In this document: positions 38,870 through 49,012 of the stretch, one piece after another | How positions within the stretch are numbered: the stretch's first letter is position 1 | How the letters are laid out: every line of letters starts with the position of its first letter | Assembly (NCBI GenBank): GCA_039090665.1 | Contig: JAWCSL010000001.1 | Coordinates: 32,001 to 96,000, forward strand | DNA from: Candidatus Aenigmatarchaeota archaeon | Lineage (GTDB): Archaea; Aenigmatarchaeota; Aenigmatarchaeia; CG10238-14; SCSR01 | Length of the DNA stretch: 64,000 nucleotides | Direction: 5' to 3' | Notes under the pieces: generated by a model | What the model was told of the DNA's origin: nothing | Databases searched by the model: none | Seen by the model: only the letters and a program-made list of their open reading frames with translations | Program-made: the position numbers and the translations under genes

Positions 38870-39841
38870 ATGAGCCTTTGGAATAAAACGATAAAACCAA
38901 TGCTTGCTGAAATTGCTAAGCCTTTTAGTGATGAGAAATTCTGCTTTGAGATAAAGTTTGATGGTACTAGAACAATAGCTTACATAGACAAGCAGAAAAA
39001 AGAAGTAAGGTTTTTAAATAGGCGTGGCATATGGTTTCAAGACCGCTACCCCGAGATGAAAGAGCTTTGGAAAGATGTGGAAGCAGAGCAAGTAATTCTT
39101 GATGGTGAGCTTGTTGTTTTTAATCAAGGAAAGCCTGATTTTTACCTTTTGGCTGAAAGGGAGCATGTTGGAAGCAAAGCTAGAGCTGAAATTTTATCAA
39201 GGCTTAATCCTGCCACGCTTGTTGTTTTTGATGTTTTGCATTTGGATGGAAAAGATTTAGTTGATCTTCCTTTGATTGAAAGAAAGAAGATTTTGGAGAA
39301 AATTGTGAAAGAGAGTGAAAGAGTTTTGATTTCAGCTTATGTTATTGGTGAAGGTGAAAAATTTTTTGAAGAAGTTAAGGCTAAAGGTTTTGAGGGTGTG
39401 ATGGCAAAGAGGCTTGATTCAAAGTATGAAATTGGAAGAAGAAGCAAGAATTGGCTGAAGATCAAAGCTTTAAACAGCTTGGATGCAATAATTTGTGGTT
39501 ATACTTTAGGTGAAGGTAAGCGCGAGAAATACTTTGGGGCTTTGTTGCTCGGAGCGATACATGAAGGCAAGCTTAGGTACATTGGACGCGTGGGCACAGG
39601 CTGGCAGGAAAAAGATTTGGAAGAGCTAACTCAAAAACTTAAAAAAATTGAAATTGAGAAAAATCCTTTTGATGTTTTTGAAGAAGAGCCTTCTATTCTT
39701 GAAAAAGTTAAGTGGGTAAAACCAAAGCTTGTTTGTGAAGTTCAGTTTTTAGAGCTAACAGAAGATTTGAAGCTGAGAGCACCAAGCTTCAAGAGGTTGA
39801 GGGAAGATAAAGCTGCAGAAGAATGTAGCTTAGAAGTTTAA
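38870..39841 (+). CDS. ATP-dependent DNA ligase (LigD/LigC-type ligase domain only)
   Basis: EIKFDG, LDGE, FDVL, EGVMAK, WLKIK, VGTG, LRAPSF..LREDK. Confidence 0.93.
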   Translation: MSLWNKTIKPMLAEIAKPFSDEKFCFEIKFDGTRTIAYIDKQKKEVRFLNRRGIWFQDRYPEMKELWKDVEAEQVILDGELVVFNQGKPDFYLLAEREHVGSKARAEILSRLNPATLVVFDVLHLDGKDLVDLPLIERKKILEKIVKESERVLISAYVIGEGEKFFEEVKAKGFEGVMAKRLDSKYEIGRRSKNWLKIKALNSLDAIICGYTLGEGKREKYFGALLLGAIHEGKLRYIGRVGTGWQEKDLEELTQKLKKIEIEKNPFDVFEEEPSILEKVKWVKPKLVCEVQFLELTEDLKLRAPSFKRLREDKAAEECSLEV

Positions 39842-39920
39842 AAAAATAATTAATTTACTTCGTTAGGTTTGTAGAGAAAATAGCCTATATGCTTTTAAAT
39901 TCAGAAAAGAAAAATATCAC

Positions 39921-40409
39921 TTAAGATTTTTTCAGTTTTTTGAAAATCAGGAAAACCACAACTATACAAATTGCTATACTCGCAATCAAAATTACATATT
40001 GGTATAAAGGAATACTTTTTGTGGGACATCTTAACCTTCTATCAACTACACACTGGAAAGAGTTTCCATTAGGGTATGTTATGCTTATATTCCATGTATA
40101 GTTAGCATCAGAACTTACAGAAGCTTCAGCAAAACTAAAGCTTCCTGTAAAATTACATTCAAATTCTTTTCCAACGTCCCATCGATCAACTAAATAATTG
40201 CAAGTGTAGTTTTTAGTTTCCCACCAATTCTTATCAAGTGGTTTGTTTACACCTATTCCAAGCCATCTTAAGTAGGGGTCGTCAGTACCTAGAATTTTAA
40301 CTTTTACACTAGAAGCTGTGGTTGATCCATTAACTAAAGAAAGAGGTAAAACAATTAGAAGAAAAATAATGATACTTATAACAACTTTATTTTTTATCTT
40401 TTTTATCAT
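39921..40409 (-). CDS. Secreted, C-terminally anchored protein
   Basis: Signal peptide, C-terminal TM plus basic tail. Confidence 0.65.
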   Translation of the reverse strand: MIKKIKNKVVISIIIFLLIVLPLSLVNGSTTASSVKVKILGTDDPYLRWLGIGVNKPLDKNWWETKNYTCNYLVDRWDVGKEFECNFTGSFSFAEASVSSDANYTWNISITYPNGNSFQCVVDRRLRCPTKSIPLYQYVILIASIAICIVVVFLIFKKLKKS

Positions 40410-40446
40410 TAATTATTAATTATGTTCAGCCCAATAAATAATAAAT

Positions 40447-40853
40447 AATTTACTTCACAAGGAAGCCGCTTTTTTATAGCATCAACCCAATCTTTTTTAC
40501 TCATCCAGTGTTTGAATTCAAATTCAATTTTTTCTTCTTTCCCCTATGACAAATAAGTTACAACAATCTTTTGCCATGAGAGCAGTTTCGTGCCTATATG
40601 TTCTACATTTCTAATATTTTCAAGTGGTATAGAAACACTGTCTTTTGTTTCTCTTATCAATTTTTCCATCTCTTCTAGTGAAATTTTTCCTCTAGCTAAA
40701 AGTCTGTGAGCAAGTTCACCTCTACCGAAGAAAAACATTTGTGCTTCTTTGTGAGGGGCTACCCACACTAGCCTTTTATTTGTCAAAATCAAGTGACCTG
40801 GTCTTAAAGTTAGCGCACCAATTCTTTCTAATAATTTCTCCTTCTATTTTCAT
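40447..40853 (-). pseudogene. Fragmented hypothetical gene
   Basis: 82-aa ORF with coding-like flanks in other frames; limits approximate. Confidence 0.35.
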
Positions 40854-40883
40854 CACCCTATTCAAGCGATTAAAGTAGTGATA

Positions 40884-41292
40884 TTATAATTTTTTTTTCA
40901 AGATCATTGGAAGAAAAACTATTCCGATTACTGCCCCAATTACTATTCCGACTAGTGTTGCAACTACAATTATTCCCAACGCTTTCCCCATGGAGACTTT
41001 ATGTAAGATTGAGATGCCTATGAGCATTATGTAAATCCCATACAAAATTCCTACTATGTTGACAAAAGGTATCCATCCCAGTAGGAATGAAGGAGTAGAA
41101 GAAATAGCAACTGCTGTCATGGTAGAAGGAAAATTTCCCTCCCCACCAAATATTTTGATAAATATATGGAGGTAAAGAGCTCCTATAATAAAGCTTATCA
41201 ATAAAATAAGGATTACTCCCAAAAAAGAAAAATACACCTAATCCCATCAAAATTTGTAAGAACCTAAATCCTAATAATCCTCCTATAGCCAT
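40884..41292 (-). pseudogene. Yip1-like membrane protein, frameshifted
   Basis: LHIFIKIFGGEGNF, P.FLLGWIP motifs; start piece in another frame. Confidence 0.55.
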
Positions 41293-41570
41293 ATTGGTAA
41301 GGATTGGTTAATAAAACTGTGTATATAAGAGAAAAGATGGTAATGTATACCAAAGCCAAAGAGTCTACTATAGAAGGTTTAATTCGACTAAATAGTTGTG
41401 AAGGAGAAAGAATAGCATCCCTTACAGTTGAAACAAAATTCTCTAAGATGTTGTCTCAAAATTAACTCATTCTAAACACAAATTATAAGTCTAGACAGGT
41501 GTGTAGAGGAGGTATCCACTATGGTACTAGATGGAATTTTGTAATTTCTACCTTGATTACATTATCAGTA

Positions 41571-42338
41571 TCATTCACTCACAGTTGATGGTAGTTCAAA
41601 TTCGGTATCCGGTGGCGCCTCTAAAATAAACTTAGTTGTACTTGCTGTTACTTTGCTTGTGACCAAACTTTCTTTACCCTCTTCTATCAGTTTGACAGAA
41701 ATTTCTGCTATTGTTTCCAAAACTAGACTGAATTCTTTATCCACACATTCTGTGACAAGATATTTTTCATACTTTACCTGATTTCCAGTAATTTCAAACA
41801 CCTTGAGTAAGGAATTTACAACGTTCGTGAAATCCATTTTATGACAAACACAATTTCTTTTTGACACTTCTTTTTCCCAAGTATTAGTTATTGGAATTTT
41901 CTCCACATATTTTTCTAAGAAAGTTTCTGGAATTTTGTTAACTTTCTCTATTGTTTTTTCAATACCTTCCGACATTCCCACGAATTTACAAGACCAAACT
42001 TCCTCTATTTTCTCACACTTATAAATCTTGTTGCCAATCCAAAAAGAGCAACTCTCACTCATATCTGGTAATATTTCGCATATTTTAAGTTTATCACCAT
42101 TTCTAATGATTTTCTTTTTCACATTTAAGTAATTGAAGCTGAAAAGATTCCAATACAATTCTTCCTTTCCACCTACATCACCTTCAATTTTTTCTTCTGT
42201 CTCCCACTGAAATTTTTCAGGAAAATTTACTTTTTTCATCAATCCTTCTGAGAAAATGTGAGGTTTAGTTAAGACAATATATGTAGCCAAACCTGTTACC
42301 AAAAGAAGCCCAATTATTATCAATAGTACTATTCTCAT
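41571..42338 (-). CDS. N-terminally anchored extracellular protein
   Basis: N-terminal TM, paired Cys, C-terminal PPDTEFELP. Confidence 0.65.
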   Translation of the reverse strand: MRIVLLIIIGLLLVTGLATYIVLTKPHIFSEGLMKKVNFPEKFQWETEEKIEGDVGGKEELYWNLFSFNYLNVKKKIIRNGDKLKICEILPDMSESCSFWIGNKIYKCEKIEEVWSCKFVGMSEGIEKTIEKVNKIPETFLEKYVEKIPITNTWEKEVSKRNCVCHKMDFTNVVNSLLKVFEITGNQVKYEKYLVTECVDKEFSLVLETIAEISVKLIEEGKESLVTSKVTASTTKFILEAPPDTEFELPSTVSE

Positions 42339-42412
42339 TGTTTATTTAATTTATTTTTGATTTGAATAAATAAATACTAACATTAGTTCCAAATTAGAAC
42401 GAAAAATTCAAA

Positions 42413-42830
42413 TGTTCTTATATAGAACTTATCTGGAAATCTTAAAACTTCTTAATAAGTTGGTGGGAAAGTGGTGAAAATCAAAGGAAAAAGCACGTGA
42501 GTACAAGAGAAAGGTCTTCGAGAGTGCGAAAAAGACATTTTTCAATTACAGACAAATTCTCCTTTTGAATGGATTACGCAGAAGAGGAAAGACTACTATC
42601 ATTTTTCAATTAATAGAAGAGATCGACTTCTTGAAGTTGAATGATAAGTTTTGCCAATAGAAGTAAAGGAAAAAGAGACTATAAACAAAAAAGATATTGC
42701 AACATTGCTTTATTTCATGAAAAAATTCGAAGTAAGTAAAGGAGTAGTTGTATAATGGAAAAGAAGAAACTATAGAGATAAATAAAAGAAAAATAATACT
42801 TTTGCCGATACACAAACTTCTTTTCAATTT
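42413..42830 (+). pseudogene. Remnant of an AAA+ ATPase/DUF4143-type gene
   Basis: Scattered pieces WWESG, GLRRRGKTT, EEIDF, LPIEVK with stops and a large internal deletion. Confidence 0.6.
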
Positions 42831-42926
42831 CAGCTTGGCAACTTCGAAAAAAATTGTGGAGCTTTTTGACAATTTTCGATAAGCAGTGGTCAAAAGAATT
42901 TTATTGTAAAAATTCAATTAATAAAT

Positions 42927-43796
42927 ATGAAGACAAAACACTTAATTCTTTTACCAATTGTTTTGCTGCTTTTAAGTCCTGTTGTTGCTCAAACCGAAAT
43001 AGCTATTCCGATTGAAGCGATCAAAACAAGAACGGAAGAAATTCCAACACAAGCAACAAAGCCAATAGAAATTGATATAAGAAAAGCAGAAGAAATTAAA
43101 TCCTTGCCAGCTGGTTGTAAAAATTTGTGTGGTGATGGAACATGTCAAGAAATAGTTTGTCTTGCAATTGGTTGCCCTTGTCCAGAAACTAAAGAAAGTT
43201 GTCCTCAAGATTGTGGAGCTATAGAAAAAACAGCTCAGCCTATAATAACATTGCCAACGGAAGCTAGCATCAAGATCTCTCCTGTTGCCGAAAAACCTGT
43301 GCTGATTGAAGATAGGCCAGTTGAATTCAAGGGTGTGGAAGAAATTCCTTTGATCTCAATTGAAGTTAAGCCTGTTTTGCTTGCCTTGCCTTCCCAAGTT
43401 TCAAGCTTAGCAAGACCAGAAGTTAGTGTTAAAGTTGATATTGATGAAAAAGAAAAAATAACAAAATTGGAAGTTGGAGGTGTAGTTGCAGTGACAAAAG
43501 AAACTTTGAAGTTTGAAAATTCTTCCTTGAAAATTGAAACTCCGAAAAAAGAAGTTTTTGTCAACATCATGCCAAATTTAGCCGAACAAATCACACTCTT
43601 CAATGAAAAACAAAAAATAGAAAAAATGGAATTAAAAAGCGAGGAAGATAAAGCAGTTTATGAAATTGAGGGTAAGAAAGAGGCCAAGTTGCTTTGGATA
43701 ATTCCGGTAACAATTCCCATCAAAACTGAAGTTAATGCTGAGAATGGAAAGATAGAGGGAATTGAAAAGCCTTGGTGGAGCTTTTTAGCAATTTAA
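42927..43796 (+). CDS. Secreted protein with Cys cluster and PepSY-like C-terminus
   Basis: Signal peptide, CGDGTC..SCPQDC, VYEIEG..VNAENG..KPWW. Confidence 0.7.
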   Translation: MKTKHLILLPIVLLLLSPVVAQTEIAIPIEAIKTRTEEIPTQATKPIEIDIRKAEEIKSLPAGCKNLCGDGTCQEIVCLAIGCPCPETKESCPQDCGAIEKTAQPIITLPTEASIKISPVAEKPVLIEDRPVEFKGVEEIPLISIEVKPVLLALPSQVSSLARPEVSVKVDIDEKEKITKLEVGGVVAVTKETLKFENSSLKIETPKKEVFVNIMPNLAEQITLFNEKQKIEKMELKSEEDKAVYEIEGKKEAKLLWIIPVTIPIKTEVNAENGKIEGIEKPWWSFLAI

Positions 43797-44104
43797 TCCA
43801 TGCCTTTTAATTTTTGTTCTTTGTAAGTTGGCTTTTGAAGAACAAAAACAGACTTTAAAGCTTTTTTGAATCTGTATAGTGTAATTGGGTCTGTGATAAT
43901 AACACCATCAACTTCAAATTCTCCTCCCACAACTTTTTCACCTTTTTGATAAAGTGTTTTATCAACTATGTAGAACAAATTTGTCCCTTTTGACCTAAAC
44001 CATTTTCTCTCTCTACAATAAACAAAATTTATTGATCCAGATTTTTTGGGCATAATTTCTTGAATTTTTTCCGCATCTTCAGGAATGTAACTTTCTAATC
44101 CCAA
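43793..44104 (-). CDS. Hypothetical protein
   Basis: ORF only. Confidence 0.4.
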   Translation of the reverse strand: MGLESYIPEDAEKIQEIMPKKSGSINFVYCRERKWFRSKGTNLFYIVDKTLYQKGEKVVGGEFEVDGVIITDPITLYRFKKALKSVFVLQKPTYKEQKLKGMD

Positions 44105-44537
44105 TTCTTTATTCTTCTTTCAAATTCACCAAAAAGTTTATTTAAGTCAGAATATATTTCTAGCTCTTTTAATCCAAAAACAGTTTTGCCAGAAAAAGAG
44201 AATTCTGCTTTAATTGGTCTCAAAAAGTAAAAGGAAGTTTTTCATTTTGTTGATCATATAAAATTAGAAGAAGTTTAAATGTTTAAGCTTTTTGAGTTAA
44301 AGATTTAAATTCAAACTCTGGCTATTGTATTAGGAAAAACAGAGTTCAAAACCTTAACCAATTTCCTAGCTTTTCTTCTGTTTTTTGTGGAAATAGTTCC
44401 TTCCAGCTTAAATTCTTCACATCTAAGCTTTCCGTCTTTTTTACACAATTTCCTTTAATTTTATACGACTTCCGCATCTTTTGATTTAAGCCAATACCTA
44501 TTGATTTGATAAACAACAGAAGGATCTTCTGATGGTA

Positions 44538-45050
44538 TTAATCTTTAATTTCTAAAACAGCTTCTTCAAAACTTTTCACCTTCTTCTTTGCAGGCTTTTC
44601 ATCTGGAAAACCCAAGCCTATATTAGCTAAAACTCTGTACTTGCTAGGAATTCCTAAAAGCTTCCTAACATAATCTTCCCTCTTTTGGTCTTCTGGTGAG
44701 TAAACAGCATTCCAGCATGTGCCTAGGCCAAGCTCTGTTGCTTTAAGCATTAGCAGCATTATTGCGCAGCTCAAATCTTCTACCCAGTGTCTTGGGCTTT
44801 TGCTTTCTTCTGCCAGTGCTACTATCACCACAGGAGCATTAGCCAAAAAAGCCGACCAAGGCTGGGTCTTGCTCAAAGCCAGAATTTTCTCTTTATCTTT
44901 TACAACAACAAACTTCCATGGCTGAGAATTGTGAGCAGAAGGGGCAAAGCAAGCAGCTTCTATGCATTTCTTGATCAAATCATCACTTGGCACTTCTTTC
45001 TTATACTTCCTTATGCTTCTTCTTTTCTCAATAGCTTCAGAAAGTTCCAT
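44538..45050 (-). CDS. Nitroreductase
   Basis: RRSIRKY, APSAHNSQPW, GLGTCW. Confidence 0.93.
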   Translation of the reverse strand: MELSEAIEKRRSIRKYKKEVPSDDLIKKCIEAACFAPSAHNSQPWKFVVVKDKEKILALSKTQPWSAFLANAPVVIVALAEESKSPRHWVEDLSCAIMLLMLKATELGLGTCWNAVYSPEDQKREDYVRKLLGIPSKYRVLANIGLGFPDEKPAKKKVKSFEEAVLEIKD

Positions 45051-45073
45051 AATTCTTCTTTTAAATTTTGACT

Positions 45074-46108
45074 TTAAAGCTTTTCCAAAACAAAAACATG
45101 TGGATACAAACCACCAGACTCTATTACTCTTTCTTCCACAACTTTAAACTTTTTTGTTCTGCAAACAAAAGTTCTGAAAGAGTCAGCTCTTAAAGTTAAA
45201 GCTACAATCCTTCCAGAATCTTTCAAGACTTCATAAGAAGAAGTCAAAAATTTCTCGTAAAGAGATTTCAAGTTTTTTCTCTTCATCCTTACCCCATAAG
45301 GTAAGTCTGTGATTATTTTATCAATTGAATTTTTGGGGAAAGCTTCTTCAAGCTTTGTTGCATCAGCAACTTTGAACTCTATGAATTTTTTCAAACCATT
45401 AGCCTTAGCATTTTTAATTGCACCTTCAACAAACTTTTTGTTTATATCGCTTCCAAAAATCTTTACTTTGTTTTTGAACAAGTCAGCTAACTCCAAAAGG
45501 ATTGTTCCACCACCACACATCGGATCAAGGACCATTTCTTCTTCTTTCACATCAGCTATCCTTATTAAACCATAAGCTATAGTTGACTTTATTGCCGCTG
45601 GATGAACAAATGGAAGTTTAAATCTCTTGTACAAAGATTCTTTTGTTAATTGAGATGAAACTAAAACATCTTTTCCGAAAACATCAACTCTCAAGTTAAC
45701 ATCAAAATTTTCAAGATCAACTTTCAACTCGTATTTTTCTTTTATAACTTGGCCAACAACTTTTTGGATTTCAATTGAAGTGAAGGAATGCAAGCCTATC
45801 CTTTGTGAAGTAATTCTGAAGCTTTTTTTGTTTCTGAAAATCTCTGAAAGGTTTATTTTTTCAATTTTTAAGGCTATCTCTTCCAGAGCATTTTTATCAA
45901 GACTTGAAATTTGGAAAGAAGATATAAGCTTTGCTATGTGGTGAATTGATCTGAAAGAAAACAATTTTCTTGAAGATTCAGCTTCGATTAAAACTTTTCC
46001 CGGCAAATTTTTGAATTTACCCAAAAATTTTGCGCTTTTTATTTTTTCATTTAGCTCTAGCTTTACTATATCTTCAAAACCTGGGTCGCAAGTAAGGATG
46101 AACTTCAT
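45074..46108 (-). CDS. THUMP-domain RNA methyltransferase (Trm14/TrmN-like)
   Basis: THUMP domain, HPAAIK, DPMCGGGT, DLPYG. Confidence 0.85.
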   Translation of the reverse strand: MKFILTCDPGFEDIVKLELNEKIKSAKFLGKFKNLPGKVLIEAESSRKLFSFRSIHHIAKLISSFQISSLDKNALEEIALKIEKINLSEIFRNKKSFRITSQRIGLHSFTSIEIQKVVGQVIKEKYELKVDLENFDVNLRVDVFGKDVLVSSQLTKESLYKRFKLPFVHPAAIKSTIAYGLIRIADVKEEEMVLDPMCGGGTILLELADLFKNKVKIFGSDINKKFVEGAIKNAKANGLKKFIEFKVADATKLEEAFPKNSIDKIITDLPYGVRMKRKNLKSLYEKFLTSSYEVLKDSGRIVALTLRADSFRTFVCRTKKFKVVEERVIESGGLYPHVFVLEKL

Positions 46109-46329
46109 GTTTTTCTCTGATTAAATTCATTTCCTTGAGGAGTTATAAAGCTGAAGAATTTGAGAATTTTTTTTGGTTTTGCTATTAATGTAGCAAGAAA
46201 AATGAAAAGAATTATCTTGTGGAAAAATTCAAAGAAAGTTGTTATAAACCATAATTTTTGTGTTTTTTTCCCATCAATTAGGTTCTTAGAAGAGAAACGG
46301 TATTAATTTTAAAAACTTTAATAATAATC

Positions 46330-47091
46330 ATGTTCCAAATAGAAAGAGTTAAAACTTTGATTCCTGGATTTGATGAGTTAGTGAAAGGAGGAATCCCAAA
46401 AAGAAATATAGTACTGCTTTCAGGAGGTCCGGGAACAGGAAAAAGTATATTTGCACAGCAATTTATCTTCAATGGCTTAAAACAAGGTGAAAGAGGTGTT
46501 CTAGTAACTTTAGAAGAACATCCTGTACAATTGAGGAGGAACATGCTTGCTTTTGGTTGGGATGTAAAAAAGTTTGAAGAAGAAAACAAGTTTGCTATTG
46601 TCGATGCTTTCACAGGAGGAGTGGGAGAAACAGCGAAAAAGGAAAAATATGTGGTAAGAAGCACTGATGATATACCTGAGCTATTAGATGTTATAAGACA
46701 ATCCATTAAAGATATAGGAGCAGAAAGAATTGTAATAGATTCTATTTCAACCCTCTACCTTACAAAACCTGTTCTGGCTAGAGGTGTTTTAATGCAGCTT
46801 AAAAGAGTTATTTCAGGTTTAGGTGCAACAGCCATTTTTGTTTCTCAAGTGAGTGTAACTGAGAGAGGATTTGGTGGGCCTGGAGTTGAGCATGCTGTCG
46901 ATGGAATAATAAGATTAGATTTAGATGAAATTAATGGAGAGCTTGTTAGATCTTTGATAATATGGAAGATGAGAGGCACTGCTCATGATATGCACAGAAG
47001 ACCTTTTGAAATAACAGACAAAGGTATAATTGTTGATTCAAAAAAGATTGTGAAGATGAGAGGAGAATTTTCAAAAATTTTGGAGGGATGA
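46330..47091 (+). CDS. Single-domain KaiC/RecA-superfamily ATPase
   Basis: [19 protein letters not shown]. Confidence 0.92.
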   Translation: MFQIERVKTLIPGFDELVKGGIPKRNIVLLSGGPGTGKSIFAQQFIFNGLKQGERGVLVTLEEHPVQLRRNMLAFGWDVKKFEEENKFAIVDAFTGGVGETAKKEKYVVRSTDDIPELLDVIRQSIKDIGAERIVIDSISTLYLTKPVLARGVLMQLKRVISGLGATAIFVSQVSVTERGFGGPGVEHAVDGIIRLDLDEINGELVRSLIIWKMRGTAHDMHRRPFEITDKGIIVDSKKIVKMRGEFSKILEG

Positions 47092-47492
47092 ATATGGATG
47101 AAATACCTTTAAAGCCTGCAGGAAAGGAAGAAATAAGAAAGCTGGAATTATCTTTGATTTTAGGTACTTTATTCAGGCCAGATGTTCTTGAAAGTATAAG
47201 AATGGCAAGCGATAAGGTAACTTGGTTAGATTCTTTAATAGTTGCTGCAGGAGCTTTGGCAAGAGAAAGGGCTGGAATGACTGCATCTAAAATAGCTGAA
47301 GAATTGGGAAGAACAGAACAAACTATAAGAAATCATTTGAATGAGAAAACAGAAGCAGGAAAACTTGTTAAAGCAACTTATAAAAGTTTCTTGAAAGGAG
47401 AAAAGTTAGAAGTTCTAATAACTTCAGAGGCAGAAGAAAAGTTGAAAAAAGTGAAACAAAAGCTTGAAGAAATACTCAAGGAAATTTCTTGA
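47088..47492 (+). CDS. KaiC-associated HTH regulator
   Basis: [30 protein letters not shown]. Confidence 0.85.
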   Translation: MNMDEIPLKPAGKEEIRKLELSLILGTLFRPDVLESIRMASDKVTWLDSLIVAAGALARERAGMTASKIAEELGRTEQTIRNHLNEKTEAGKLVKATYKSFLKGEKLEVLITSEAEEKLKKVKQKLEEILKEIS

Positions 47493-47708
47493 ATTGGCTT
47501 TTCAATTTTTGCATTTTTTAAGTTTAGCTTGGTCACATTTTTTAAAACTTGAGTTGCAGTAAGGATGAACTTTAGGCTCATTATTCAAATTTTTCTTCAG
47601 TTTAAGGTCTAGAGTTTCAGAAAGCTCCTGGTTTAGTTCTAAAAAATATAAATAGTTTTTTAGGAAGAAAAATTCATAAGGAAGTTATTGCAATCATAAT
47701 TTTTGTGC

Positions 47709-48142
47709 TTAAATGGATTTTTTCAATTCACAAATTTCTTTCTCCTTTTTCCTCAAGAGATCTTTGAGTATGTAGTTCAGGTTGTAATCTTTTGGCACTT
47801 TACCTATAACGCGGTTTCCTTTTGGTTCAGCTATGTTAACTATCAATGTTTCTATATCTTTTAAGTACCTAATTTTTTTAATTTCGAAATATAACAAACT
47901 TATCCCATTTTCCAGCATGTCTATCTCTTAAGTGCCATCTTATTCTCCCATGGAGATTTTTGGTTAATCCAACATAGTAAAGTTCATCCCCCTTGTAAAG
48001 AGCATAGATCCCAGAATATCCTTTCATCAATTCTTTTAATTTTTCTTCAAATATAGGATCTTCGAGAATACTGCTTGGTAATTTTTTAGACATTCCTTTT
48101 ATTAGAGCACCTTTTGTGCTCTTTTTGTTTTCTTTTTCCCAT
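47709..48142 (-). pseudogene. GIY-YIG nuclease, frameshifted
   Basis: GIYALY..LYYVG..R..H; continues in a second frame (YLKDIETL); start piece in a third frame. Confidence 0.75.
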
Positions 48143-48231
48143 CAATTAAAATTAATTCCAAAATAAATATCAATTTTTACTACTCTCAAGAGTTCTAAAG
48201 TTTAATTTTTCTCCTTTGCTAGGTTTGAAGT

Positions 48232-48870
48232 ATGTTTATAAAAGATTTTAGGAAAGAGGATAAACCTTTAGAAAGACTTGTAGAAAAAGGACCGGAAGCT
48301 TTAAGCAACACTGAACTTTTAGCTATAGCTTTATGGAAGCTTAATAATTGTTCTGTTTTTGAAAAAGCGAGCGAAATTTTAAAGAAGCAAAATGTTAAAA
48401 GACTTTTTGAATGTTCTGTTGGTGAGTTGGAAAATTTGATTGGAGACAAAATTAAAGCTTGTCAAATTGCTTCATGTTTTGAATTGGCTAAAAGAGCTTT
48501 CTCTTATGTTGAAGAAAAGCCTTTGATTGAAAGTCCAGAAGATGTTTATAGAATTTTAGGCCCGGAAATGCAAGGGTTAAAGCAAGAAGTGGTTAAAGTT
48601 GTTTTGTTGGATTCAAGAAATAGGTTAATTAAAATTGAAACTGTTTCGGTAGGAAGCTTGAATGAAAACTTGGTTCATCCTAGAGATGTTTTTAGAAAAG
48701 CTATAGAAAACAATGCTGCTTCTATTATTTTAGTTCATAATCATCATTCAGGAGATGTTGAAGAGAGCGAAGAGGATATAAAAGTTACTAAAAACATAAT
48801 AAAAGCTGCATACTAGGAATAGAAGTAAAGGATCATATTGTAATATGAGGTAATAGTTTTGTGTTTTTCA
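48232..48870 (+). pseudogene. radC: RadC/JAB-domain gene with damaged 3' end
   Basis: PLERL..GPEALSNTELL, VHPRDVF, HNHHSG; LGIEVKDHIVI lies out of frame after 48813 and is followed by TGA. Confidence 0.8.
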
Positions 48871-49012
48871 AAAGATTACGAATATAATTTTTTCTAAGGA
48901 GAATATTAGTGAAATATCACTCAAAAGAAATAAAAATGATACGAAAATACTGGAAAAATAATCTCGACTTAAATTTTGATAAGTTTTTTAATTTTAACTT
49001 ATCCACATAATC

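Noticed and set aside
44311..44477. Possible small ORF in the intergenic gap
   Set aside because: Only about 43 codons, no motif or paralog support
47701..48120. TTTTGTGCT pair as a target-site duplication of a transposon
   Set aside because: The second copy lies inside the GIY-YIG N-terminal coding region; no transposase or terminal inverted repeats
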